Shown piece by piece: positions 1-11,017 of a stretch of 64,000 nucleotides of DNA (positions are counted from its first letter, which is position 1; every line of letters starts with the position of its first letter). The position numbers were made by a program, and so were the translations under genes. The stretch comes from Asterias rubens (taxonomy: Eukaryota): positions 14,508,001 to 14,572,000 of the forward strand of contig NC_047075.1 in NCBI RefSeq assembly GCF_902459465.1, written 5' to 3'. A model generated the notes under the pieces. It saw nothing but the letters and a program-made list of their open reading frames with translations, searched no databases and was not told the DNA's origin.

Positions 1-464
1 CCGTGCAGCCCGCCGTGCAGCCCGCCGTGCAGCCCGCCGTGCAGCCCGCCGTGCAGCCCGCCGTGCAGCCCGCCGTGCAGCCCGCCGTGCAGCCCGCCGT
101 GCAGCCCGCCGTGCAGCCCGCCGTGCAGCCCGCCGTGCAGCCCGCCGTGCAGCCCGCCGTGCAGCCCGCCCCGCCGTGCAGCCCGCCGTGCAGCCCGCCG
201 TGCAGCCCGCCGTGCAGCCCGCCGTGCAGCCCGCCGTGCAGCCCGCCGTGCAGCCCGCCGTGCAGCCCGCCGTGCAGCCCGCCGTGCAGCCCGCCGTGCA
301 GCCCGCCGTGCAGCCCGCCGTGCAGCCCGCCGTGCAGCCCGCCGTGCAGCCCGCCGTGCAGCCCGCCGTGCAGCCCGCCGTGCAGCCCGCCGTGCAGCCC
401 GCCGTGCAGCCCGCCGTGCAGCCCGCCGTGCAGCCCGCCGTGCAGCCCGCCGTGCAGCCTGCCG
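1..464. repeat. GC-rich 12-bp minisatellite (GCAGCCCGCCGT)n, open at the window start
   Basis: Near-perfect 12-bp period; one 5-bp insertion (ccgcc) near 170; last unit GCAGCCTGCCGA. Confidence 0.98.
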
Positions 465-770
465 AACACCAGCAATTGAACTACGTGGACATTGAAGATC
501 CACCACCCAGCGTGAGTTCAAGTTTCAGTGGTATTGACGCAGAGGGATACCTCAATTTGTCAAACTTCAGAAGGCTAGGCCATTCACAATACAGGCCTGA
601 CCTGCGCCTGCACATCAACTACATTTAAACTAGGGTAAGTTCACAGACCATAGATCTTGGGGTGTTTTATCATAGAGGGGAATATCTGTAATTGTTTTGT
701 TGTAAACACCATTGAAACTGAAAGGAAGATTTGAATGTAGAGTTCTCAATGCTGTGGCACTTTTAAGTAT

Positions 771-1703
771 TGTCAGGGTCTACTGGGGTGTAGCCTGGGG
801 TTGATGTGTGTATGTAGCCATTACTCCTCCGTTCAGATGCAGTAACAATTCACTCGGGAAAGAAAATGGAGTCTATACAGTCCAACTGATGGTCGTTAAT
901 TGTCTTATGATATTTTAATCAAACCCAATTAAATCCCCTACAACAAAGGTACAGAGAGACAATACATTTAGTTTGTTTTACAATAATCTAACTCACTTTT
1001 GTTGTAGTTAAAAATAATACTAATATGATCAATTAATAATTCTGGACTTACCAGACACCTGGGATATAGGCAGGTAACCGACCATGTCTATAAGGCGGGT
1101 ATGCCACAATCTGGGCTGTAATAAATACACATACTAATACAGTCACGCATGGTGAATAGATAGCCCTACAGGTGCACAGTGAAACTCATCCACTTACAAA
1201 TAACAGATTTATACAATGAAATGTAAAATAAATATCCACTCACCAGAGTCCACAAACGAAATTGGGTTGGATAACCACTCCCAGATATATTATGTTCTTC
1301 AATTCCACCGCGAAAGCGGTGGAAACTTTTAACGCCGTATTTTGATTGCCTCAAAGTCTCGTATAGTCTTCAAACAATGGCGACCCTTCAATGCAACTTG
1401 CACTGGTCAAACGTATAGGCAACGTTAGCCCTAGTGCAGAAAGAAGTCACTCCGCGCGCAAAAGAAAACTACATTTGTAGACTCATCAGGGAGTTAAAAT
1501 ACCCGATGACGACCTAATTAAATATTAAATGATAACTTGTAAATCCCACGTTACTATTAATGTGAAATTTGAAGACAAACTAATTTTAGAACCAATTTGA
1601 TAAGACGTACTACATTAAGGCAATGTAAGTACCTACAAAGCGAAGCAAAGTGGCTTGCCGCGTTAAAGGCGCTGTGATAAATGAAAGTTGCCAGACCCCG
1701 ACA
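771..1703 (-). repeat. Gypsy 3' LTR, duplicated copy
   Basis: Begins TGTCAGGGTCT and ends AGACCCCGACA (imperfect terminal inverted repeat, TG..CA); near-identical to 5526-6459 and homologous to 9707-10691. Confidence 0.92.
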
Positions 1704-2305
1704 CATTCCCTGTTTAAGAACCGCGCGACCCGAGTGGTTACGTGAAATATATCGAATTAAGATAATCATACATTTTCCCTTGAACATAGTTGAACACCAA
1801 ATGTTACGAAACAATACACATTTATAGTATAAAATATTCTACAGTCGAAGTCGCTTGTCTCTTTAGAGCAACTGCAGCAGGCCAACCTTCGTTAGTTTAA
1901 AGTCTTAAATCTAAATGTACTACACGTACTGCACATGCTAATGAACTTTATACAATGGAAAGCCCGTGATATGAACATACATACAAAACATTACTTAATA
2001 CAAAATATAGTGAACATCACTTTGGAATCAACCGTGGAACTGACACTGTGTCAGAACCCATCGAACATTAATTAAAAATCCTACAGAGGAAGTACCGTTC
2101 AGCTGAATTATCTACCAGCAATATAAACCTAGTTATAGGATATCACAAATCGGTATCACAAATAAATCACTACAAGAAAATATTAAATCAAAAATAGAAT
2201 ACAGACGACTGTTTTTGTAAAAACAAATCTAAATAATCGTTAACTTGTTTATATTTACTTCCCAGGTAAACGATATAAATGAAAAACAAAGTTGAATACA
2301 AGTAA

Positions 2306-2923
2306 CTAATGTAGTCTAAACCGGGCTACCACTTCTCTAATGCCTCTACAATATCTGATCATCCCTTCAACAGTTAGATGACATCCATCTATTAACAACC
2401 ATGGATGGTTAACCCGCCTCTGTGTGTACATTCGCACACTAGGATAGTCACTTCTCAACCGGCGAACTAATTGAGAATTGAATCTACCAGCTCTATTGTT
2501 AAATGTTGAAACAGTAATTTGACCAGCCCTGGTGATTCGTGACCTTCTGATGACTGATAAAACTACTACATGGCGGGGTGGCAATGCTAAGCCAAGTATC
2601 AAATCGAGAAATCGAGTTGTTTGTTGCACCACTGTGTCAGGTGTACCTGACGGATCACACAGATAATTAGTACCCATGTCTATAATTAATATATCAATCG
2701 GTTCGGCGGCAATCTTACGAATATAATGGTCAGTACTATCAAAAATACGCCCAAAGGTCAAACCAGGATGGCCCTCGACAAATACATCACATAGCCAGTC
2801 CGGAGCGAGACCCAATAGCTCTGCCATAGACGAACCAGTCTCCCTAGACCGTCTTAGCAAACGTGCCGGAAATGAATGCCCGTACATAAACACACGAACA
2901 CGATCAGCCATTGTAACTTCCAA
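2306..2923 (-). CDS. SGNH/GDSL-type hydrolase (esterase) ORF inside the LTR retrotransposon, copy 1 (205 aa)
   Basis: Block I YGHSF, block II GHPG, block III GTNYL and block V DGCHL in the correct order and spacing; open frame ATG to stop. Confidence 0.85.
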   Translation of the reverse strand: MEVTMADRVRVFMYGHSFPARLLRRSRETGSSMAELLGLAPDWLCDVFVEGHPGLTFGRIFDSTDHYIRKIAAEPIDILIIDMGTNYLCDPSGTPDTVVQQTTRFLDLILGLALPPRHVVVLSVIRRSRITRAGQITVSTFNNRAGRFNSQLVRRLRSDYPSVRMYTQRRVNHPWLLIDGCHLTVEGMIRYCRGIREVVARFRLH

Positions 2924-3462
2924 TGCCTGCAGTCAACAAAAGTTGACACAATAATAAGAACATTTAGTAACACAACCAATAACAAATTACAAGTTTTAAA
3001 AATGGTCTCTGACCCAATCCGCAACAATAAATAACAATAAAGTAATAAACTTAAAATATACAGGCAATATACATGCAGAGGTGAATCGTTCGACTCAAGT
3101 CAAGTATCACCACATAAAACTGTAGTGACACAAGCTACCCTCATAGTATATTATGTAATATTATAACAAACTGTTTGTTTCCCTTTTCGTCACATATCAA
3201 AATCAAACACAAACGGAGCCTACAAAAATGGTTGGACTATTCTAAGGTATGACTATGTGTATGAGGTGGATCTTGCGACCCAGGTCAGGTATCACCACAC
3301 ACGAGTGTTGTGATACAAGCTACCCTCAATTTAAACACAGGTATAATAGCCAAAACATTGTCAATTTTACAACGCTGCCCTTAAGTAATGGCACTGTGCC
3401 AGCCACCTCGCTTCTTTGCTATCCGCTTGGACCTACGGAGGGAGTGCTGTACTGGAAGACTA

Positions 3463-4670
3463 TCATCTGAACCTTGGGTCAGTTCTAGCCGGCCCACTTG
3501 TTAGCGTCTTAGCGTTTTTGGCTGGTCGTGATGTCTTCTCTGTCTCCTTCTGTGTGATGACCTGTGGGAGGAAGAGGTTTTGTGGAATTAACACAACCTC
3601 GTCATCATCAGACGAAGAAAGAATGTCGGATGAGTCATCCCTACGCGAGGACTCTGTCTCGGACAGGGAGTCAACCTCTGGAAGAAGATCTGGAGGGTCA
3701 CTCACTTCACTAAAATTACACCTGGTATCAAGAGTGAGCAGCGTCCGATTCAGCCATCTTTCAGTACCTCCAGATACAGGCCTTACTGCATACAAATCCT
3801 TATCTACATTACGTTCGACCACCACATAGGACTCAATTTGTGCCTCCCGGTAAAAGCACATTTCTTTACCAATACTCGACTACCCACAACGAATGGTTCG
3901 CCCCTGCACTTCTTGTCATGCCGTAGTTTATTATAGCTAGCAGCTTTTTCAAGGCGATCTCTGACAACCCTGGACATTTGTTCCAACAATCTAGCTTGCT
4001 GTTGTACAAAACCCTCTGAAAATTCCTGACTAGCGTTCCCAATCGGATGATCCAAATTCACAGAAGCTTCCCGCCCGAATAAGAGAGCATAGGGACTAAC
4101 TCCGGTTACACTATGAGGCCTCGAGTTATATACGTACACAAGGTGAGGCAATGCCTCTGGCCATTTCCTTCTATCCCTAGCATCAATTGACTTAACTAGG
4201 AAACATAGCGTCTTGTTGAAACGCTCCGTCTGAGCGTTACCCTGAGGGTGATATGGGCTTGTTCGAGTTTTCTTTATACCGTAAAGTTGGCATATTTCCT
4301 TCACTAGGTTACCCTCAAAGTTCCGACCTTGATCGGAGTGGATCCGCTTAGGGATGCCATAATGAGAAAACCAGTGATCCCTCAGTACCCTCGCTACGAC
4401 CGGTGCGGTCTGATTTTTACATGGGACAGCGGCAGCATATTTTGTGTATGAATCTGTCATAACAAGCACATCTTCCTATCCACCTCGTCCTCGATCTAAT
4501 TTAAGAAAATCAATAGCTAGACATTCCATTGGTGTGAAAGACAGAAGGTGTCTCATTGGTGGCCTGACTACTGGACTTGGAGTCTTTGAAACAGTGCACT
4601 TGAAACAACGGTGCACATAGTCACGTACTCGAGTTGACATCCCTGGCCAAAAACAACGTGAACGTAACAA
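3463..4670 (-). pseudogene. Gypsy integrase remnant, copy 1 (H2C2 zinc-binding end, rve core, GPY/F region)
   Basis: RCFWPGM..VRDYVHRCFKC, LAIDF, IHSDQGRNF, TSPYHPQGNAQTERFN; TAG at 4476-4478 where copy 2 has TAC; frameshift near 3810-3860; truncated by the minisatellite at 4670. Confidence 0.93.
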
Positions 4671-5219
4671 AGCCCGCCGTGCAGCCCGCCGTGCAGCCCG
4701 CCGTGCAGCCCGCCGTGCAGCCCGCCGTGCAGCCCGCCGTGCAGCCCGCCGTGCAGCCCGCCGTGCAGCCCGCCGTGCAGCCCGCCGTGCAGCCCGCCGT
4801 GCAGCCCGCCGTGCAGCCCGCCGTGCAGCCCGCCGTGCAGCCCGCCGTGCAGCCCGCCGTGCAGCCCGCCGTGCAGCCCGCCGTGCAGCCCGCCGTGCAG
4901 CCCGCCGTGCAGCCCGCCGTGCAGCCCGCCGTGCAGCCCGCCGTGCAGCCCGCCGTGCAGCCCGCCGTGCAGCCCGCCGTGCAGCCCGCCGTGCAGCCCG
5001 CCGTGCAGCCCGCCGTGCAGCCCGCCGTGCAGCCCGCCGTGCAGCCCGCCGTGCAGCCCGCCGTGCAGCCCGCCGTGCAGCCCGCCGTGCAGCCCGCCGT
5101 GCAGCCCGCCGTGCAGCCCGCCGTGCAGCCCGCCGTGCAGCCCGCCGTGCAGCCCGCCGTGCAGCCCGCCGTGCAGCCCGCCGTGCAGCCCGCCGTGCAG
5201 CCCGCCGTGCAGCCCGCCG
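4671..5219. repeat. 12-bp minisatellite (GCAGCCCGCCGT), about 46 units
   Basis: Perfect 12-bp period; directly abuts the truncated integrase of copy 1. Confidence 0.98.
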
Positions 5220-5525
5220 AACACCAGCAATTGAACTACGTGGACATTGAAGATCCACCACCCAGCGTGAGTTCAAGTTTCAGTGGTATTGACGCAGAGG
5301 GATACCTCAATTTGTCAAACTTCAGAAGGCTAGGCCATTCACAATACAGGCCTGACCTGCGCCTGCACATCAACTACATTTAAACTAGGGTAAGTTCACA
5401 GACCATAGATCTTGGGGTGTTTTATCATAGAGGGGAATATCTGTAATTGTTTTGTTGTAAACACCATTGAAACTGAAAGGAAGATTTGAATGTAGAGTTC
5501 TCAATGCTGTGGCACTTTTAAGTAT

Positions 5526-6459
5526 TGTCAGGGTCTACTGGGGTGTAGCCTGGGGTTGATGTGTGTATGTAGCCATTACTCCTCCGTTCAGATGCAGTAA
5601 CAATTCACTCGGGAAAGAAAATGGAGTCTATACAGTCCAACTGATGGTCGTTAATTGTCTTATGATATTTTAATCAAACCCAATTAAATCCCCTACAACA
5701 AAGGTACAGAGAGACAATACATTTAGTTTGTTTTACAATAATCTAACTCACTTTTGTTGTAGTTAAAAATAATACTAATATGATCAATTAATAATTCTGG
5801 ACTTACCAGACACCTGGGATATAGGCAGGTAACCGACCATGTCTATAAGGCGTCCCATGCCACAATCTGGGCTGTAATAAATACACATACTAATACAGTC
5901 ACGCATGGTGAATAGATAGCCCTACAGGTGCACAGTGAAACTCATCCACTTACAAATAACAGATTTATACAATGAAATGTAAAATAAATATCCACTCACC
6001 AGAGTCCACAAACGAAATTGGGTTGGATAACCACTCCCAGATATATTATGTTCTTCAATTCCACCGCGAAAGCGGTGGAAACTTTTAACGCCGTATTTTG
6101 ATTGCCTCAAAGTCTCGTATAGTCTTCAAACAATGGCGACCCTTCAATGCAACTTGCACTGGTCAAACCTATAGGCAACGTTAGCCCTAGTGCAGAAAGA
6201 AGTCACTCCGCGCGCAAAAGAAAACTACATTTGTAGACTCATCAGGGAGTTAAAATACCCGATGACGACCTAATTAAATATTAAATGATAACTTGTAAAT
6301 CCCACGTTACTATTAATGTGAAATTTGAAGACAAACTAATTTTAGAACCAATTTGATAAGACGTACTACATTAAGGCAATGTAAGTACCTACAAAGCGAA
6401 GCAAAGTGGCTTGCCGCGTTAAAGGCGCTGTGATAAATGAAAGTTGCCAGACCCCGACA
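5526..6459 (-). repeat. Gypsy 3' LTR (934 bp)
   Basis: TGTCAGGGTCT...AGACCCCGACA; flanked by the TSD on the left and the PPT on the right. Confidence 0.93.
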
Positions 6460-6471
6460 CATTCCCTGTTT
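6460..6471 (-). promoter_or_regulatory. Polypurine tract
   Basis: Minus strand AAACAGGGAATG immediately precedes the TGT of the 3' LTR (also at 1704-1715). Confidence 0.7.
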
Positions 6472-7061
6472 AAGAACCGCGCGACCCGAGTGGTTACGTG
6501 AAATATATCGAATTAAGATAATCATACATTTTCCCTTGAACATAGTTGAACACCAAATGTTACAAAACAATACACATTTATAGTATAAAATATTCTACAG
6601 TCGAAGTTGCTTGTCTCTTTAGAGCAACTGCAGCAGGCCAACCTTCGTTAGTTTAAAGTCTTAAATCTAAATGTACTACACGTACTGCACATGCTAATGA
6701 ACTTTATACAATGGAAAGCCCGTGATATGAACATACATACAAAACATTACTTAATACAAAATATAGTGAACATCACTTTGGAATCAACCGTGGAACTGAC
6801 ACTGTGTCAGAACCCATCGAACATTAATTAAAAATCCTACAGAGGAAGTACCGTTCAGCTGAATTATCTACCAGCAATATAAACCTAGTTATAGGATATC
6901 ACAAATCGGTATCACAAATAAATCACTACAAGAAAATATTAAATCAAAAATAGAATACAGACGACTGTTTTTGTAAAAACAAATCTAAATAATCGTTAAC
7001 TTGTTTATATTTACTTCCCAGGTAAACGATATAAATGAAAAACAAAGTTGAATACAAGTAA

Positions 7062-7679
7062 CTAATGTAGTCTAAACCGGGCTACCACTTCTCTAATGCC
7101 TCTACAATATCTGATCATCCCTTCAACAGTTAGATGACATCCATCTATTAACAACCATGGATGGTTAACCCGCCTCTGTGTGTACATTCGCACACTAGGA
7201 TAGTCACTTCTCAACCGGCGAACTAATTGAGAATTGAATCTACCAGCTCTATTGTTAAATGTTGAAACAGTAATTTGACCAGCCCTGGTGATTCGTGACC
7301 TTCTGATGACTGATAAAACTACTACATGGCGGGGTGGCAATGCTAAGCCAAGTATCAAATCGAGAAATCGAGTTGTTTGTTGCACCACTGTGTCAGGTGT
7401 ACCTGACGGATCCCACAGATAATTAGTACCCATGTCTATAATTAATATATCAATCGGTTCGGCGGCAATCTTACGAATATAATGGTCAGTACTATCAAAA
7501 ATACGCCCAAAGGTCAAACCAGGATGGCCCTCGACAAATACATCACATAGCCAGTCCGGAGCGAGACCCAATAGCTCTGCCATAGACGAACCAGTCTCCC
7601 TAGACCGTCTTAGCAAACGTGCCGGAAATGAATGCCCGTACATAAACACACGAACACGATCAGCCATTGTAACTTCCAA
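7062..7679 (-). CDS. SGNH/GDSL-type hydrolase ORF, copy 2 (205 aa)
   Basis: Same motifs as 2306-2923; differs by a single C-to-W substitution next to GTNYL. Confidence 0.85.
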   Translation of the reverse strand: MEVTMADRVRVFMYGHSFPARLLRRSRETGSSMAELLGLAPDWLCDVFVEGHPGLTFGRIFDSTDHYIRKIAAEPIDILIIDMGTNYLWDPSGTPDTVVQQTTRFLDLILGLALPPRHVVVLSVIRRSRITRAGQITVSTFNNRAGRFNSQLVRRLRSDYPSVRMYTQRRVNHPWLLIDGCHLTVEGMIRYCRGIREVVARFRLH

Positions 7680-8218
7680 TGCCTGCAGTCAACAAAAGTT
7701 GACACAATAATAAGAACATGTAGTAACACAACCAATAACAAATTACAAGTTTTAAAAATGGTCTCTGACCCAATCCGCAACAATAAATAACAATAAAGTA
7801 ATAAACTTAAAATATACAGGCAATATACATGCAGAGGTGAATCGTTCGACTCAAGTCAAGTATCACCACATAAAACTGTAGTGACACAAGCTACCCTCAT
7901 AGTATATTATGTAATATTATAACAAACTGTTTGTTTCCCTTTTCGTCACATATCAAAATCAAACACAAACGGAGCCTACAAAAATGGTTGGACTATTCTA
8001 AGGTATGACTATGTGTATGAGGTGGATCTTGCGACCCAGGTCAGGTATCACCACACACGAGTGTTGTGATACAAGCTACCCTCAATTTAAACACAGGTAT
8101 AATAGCCAAAACATTGTCAATTTTACAACGCTGCCCTTAAGTAATGGCACTGTGCCAGCCACCTCGCTTCTTTGCTATCCGCTTGGACCTACGGAGGGAG
8201 TGCTGTACTGGAAGACTA

Positions 8219-9252
8219 TCATCTGAACCTAGGGTCAGTTCTAGCCGGCCCACTTGTTAGCGTCTTAGCGTTTTTGGCTGGTCGTGATGTCTTCTCTGTC
8301 TCCTTCTGTGTGATGACCTGTGGGAGGAAGAGGTTTTGTGGAATTAACACAACCTCGTCATCATCAGACGAAGAAAGAATGTCGGATGAGTCATCCCTAC
8401 GCGAGGACTCTGTCTCGGACAGGGAGTCAACCTCTGGAAGAAGATCTGGAGGGTCACTCACTTCACTAAAATTACACCTGGTATCAAGAGTGAGCAGCGT
8501 CCGATTCAGCCATCTTTCAGTACCTCCAGATACAGGCCTTACTGCATACAAATCCTTATCTACATTACGTTCGACCACCACATAGGACTCAATTTGTGCC
8601 TCCCGGTAAAAGCACATTTCTTTACCAATACTCGACTACCCACAACGAATGGTTCGCCCCTGCACTTCTTGTCATGCCGTAGTTTATTATAGCTAGCAGC
8701 TTTTTCAAGGCGATCTCTGACAACCCTGGACATTTGTTCCAACAATCTAGCTTGCTGTTGTACAAAACCCTTTGAAAATTCCTGACTAGCGTTCCCAATC
8801 AGATGATCCAAATTCACAGAAGCTTCCCGCCCGAATAAGAGAGCATAGGGACTAACTCCGGTTACACTATGAGGCCTCGAGTTATATACGTACACAAGGT
8901 GAGGCAATGCCTCTGGCCATTTCCTTCTATCCCTAGCATCAATTGACTTAACTAGGAAACATAGCGTCTTGTTGAACCGCTCCGTCTGAGCGTTACCCTG
9001 AGGGTGATATGGGCTTGTTCGAGTTTTCTTTATACCGTAAAGTTGGCATATTTCCTTCACTAGGTTACCCTCAAAGTTCCGACCTTGATCGGAGTGGATC
9101 CGCTTAGGGATGCCATAATGAGAAAACCAGTGATCCCTCAGTACCCTCGCTACGACCGGTGCGGTCTGATTTTTACATGGGACAGCGGCAGCATATTTTG
9201 TGTATGAATCTGTCATAACAAGCACATCTTCGTATCCACCTCGTCCTCGATC
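8219..9252 (-). pseudogene. Gypsy integrase remnant, copy 2 (5' part deleted)
   Basis: GRGGYEDVLVMTDSYTKY, IHSDQGRNF, HPQGNAQTERFN; homology with copy 1 stops after TCGATC at 9252, where the element's leader sequence takes over. Confidence 0.92.
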
Positions 9253-9684
9253 GTGCGAATTTAAACCCCATTGCACTACCCAATTAGACCAACTAGTAGC
9301 TTAAAAGTACATAAACAGAAATGCAAGTTTCACAAAAATATAATCAAACTACACCAAAGAACTACTACACACACGTCTCCTTTAAAGCAATAACAACCCT
9401 TGTCGAAAGCCTAACCCATGCATAGCTATAGACCACATGTGCCCAAAGTCGCAGTCAAAACAATAACATCCACTATAAATTGGTGAAATAGAAACGGTCA
9501 CCCGACATGTTACAACATAGAAAAAGGTCGTACTTTGGCACAATTAAATATACCGTGACAAAATCAAATGTGGGGTGCCAATATTCAGTGAATATCCCGT
9601 AAATATACAAATTAAAGAAAGTTGTTGTGGTGCTGGGGATTAATTAAATTTAACAATCATCAGTAGAATGAATTGATTCCTGGA

Positions 9685-9703
9685 AATCCTGTCTACGACG
9701 CCA
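9685..9703 (-). promoter_or_regulatory. Primer-binding site, tRNA-Ser-like
   Basis: Minus strand TGGCGTCGTAGACAGGATT starts 3 nt after the 5' LTR; it is complementary to a tRNA 3' end AAUCCUGUCUACGACGCCA with a G discriminator, typical of tRNA-Ser. Confidence 0.75.
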
Positions 9704-9706
9704 AGC

Positions 9707-10691
9707 TGTCAGGGTCTACTGGGGTGTAGCCTGGGGTTGATGTGTGTATGTAGCCACAACACCGGGGTGAGGATTACTCCTCCGTTTAGATGCAGTAACA
9801 ATTCACTCGGGAAAGAAAATGGAGTCTATACAGTCCAACTGATGGTCGTTGATTGTCTTATGATATTTTAATCAAACCCAATTAAATCCCCTACAACAAA
9901 GGTACAGAGAGACAATTTATTTAGTTTGTTTTACAATAGTCTAACTCACTTTTGTTGTAGTTAAAAATAATACTAATATGATCAATTAATAATTCTGGAC
10001 TTACCAGACACCTGGGATATAGGCACTAGCTCTCCTAACCGACCATGTCTATAAGGCGTCCCACGCCACAATCTGGGCTGTAATAAATACACATACTAAT
10101 ACAGTCACGCATGGTGAATAGATAGCCCTACAGGTGCACAGTGAAACTCATCCACTTACAAATAATGAGAAATGTTTATAGCCACAAATAACAGTTTTAT
10201 ACAATGAAATGTAAAATAAATATCCACTCACCAGAGTCCACAAACGAAATTGGGTTGGATAACCACTCCCAGATATATTATGTTCTTCAATTCCACCGCG
10301 AAAGCGGTGGAAACTTTTAACGCCGTATTTTGATTGCCTCAAAGTCTCGTATAGTCTTCAAACACTGGCGACCCTTCAATGCAACTTGCACTGGTAAAAC
10401 GTATAGGCAACGTTAGCCCTAGTGCAGAAAGAAATCACTCCGCGCGCAAAAGAAAACTACATTTGTAGACTCATCAGGGAGTTAAAATACCCAATGACGA
10501 CCTAATTAAATATTAAATGATAACTTGTAAATCCCACGTTACTATTAATGTGAAATTTGAAGACAAACTAATTTTAGAACCAATTTTATAAGACGTACTA
10601 CATTAAGGCAATGTAAGTACCTACAAAGCGAAGCAAAGTGGCTTGCCGCGTTAAAGGCGCTGTGATAAATGAAAGTTGCCAGACCCCGACA
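9707..10691 (-). repeat. Gypsy 5' LTR (985 bp)
   Basis: Homologous to 5526-6459 with several small insertions; same termini; followed by the TSD GTAT. Confidence 0.93.
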
Positions 10692-10819
10692 GTATATTTT
10701 AACAAGATATTGATACAAAAATATTGAAAATGAAAAATAAAAATTCCCATTAAAAATTACACGCCCTAGTTTTGAAATCCATAAGCAGTGACAGTTCAAG
10801 TGTAGGCCAACGTGTAGAT

Positions 10820-11017
10820 ATTAGACTCTGCAAAAGAAAACAAATAAAGAAAGTTTACAAATTAGCAACCTAAACCCCCAAAACGGAGAAGATAAGAAGT
10901 GTTGTAGAGAGGATAAGAAGTGTTGTAAGCTACAACACTTCCTATCTTCTCCTTTTGGGGGGTTTAGGTTGCTAATGTGTAAACTTTCTTTATTTGTTTT
11001 CTTTTGCAGAATCTAAT
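10820..11017. mobile_element. About 200-bp palindromic (foldback/MITE-like) element
   Basis: ATTAGACTCTGCAAAAGAAAACAAATAAAGAAAGTTTACA... at the left is the near-perfect reverse complement of ...TGTAAACTTTCTTTATTTGTTTTCTTTTGCAGAATCTAAT at the right; arms about 80 bp. Confidence 0.8.

Larger units (their letters stand above)
465..9252. repeat. Tandem segmental duplication, period 4755-4756 bp (465-4496 vs 5220-9252)
   Basis: Paired ORFs recur at a constant offset (1166/5922, 2306/7062, 3463/8219); only scattered SNPs and one 1-bp indel differ. Confidence 0.95.
5526..10691 (-). mobile_element. Non-autonomous Gypsy/Ty3 LTR retrotransposon (gag-PR-RT-RH deleted) carrying an SGNH ORF
   Basis: Two LTRs, PBS next to the 5' LTR, PPT next to the 3' LTR, integrase remnant, and 4-bp TSD GTAT (5522-5525 and 10692-10695). 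Confidence 0.93.

Noticed and set aside
2306-2923. SGNH ORF as bacterial contamination
   Set aside because: It lies within a TSD-bounded LTR element, among eukaryotic spliced genes and LINEs.
3078-3328. The paired RNA motif as a twister or hammerhead ribozyme
   Set aside because: No CUGAnGA/GAAA core and no UAA...GAG twister core in a workable order on either strand.
4671-5219. Possible CRISPR-like array
   Set aside because: Units are contiguous with no spacers, there are no cas genes, and the context is eukaryotic.
1-5276. Long ORFs of (VQPA)n, (PPCS)n, (RRAA)n and (GGLH)n
   Set aside because: They arise because the 12-bp unit has no stop codon in any frame; the starts are arbitrary and a 5-bp insertion shifts the frame in the first array.
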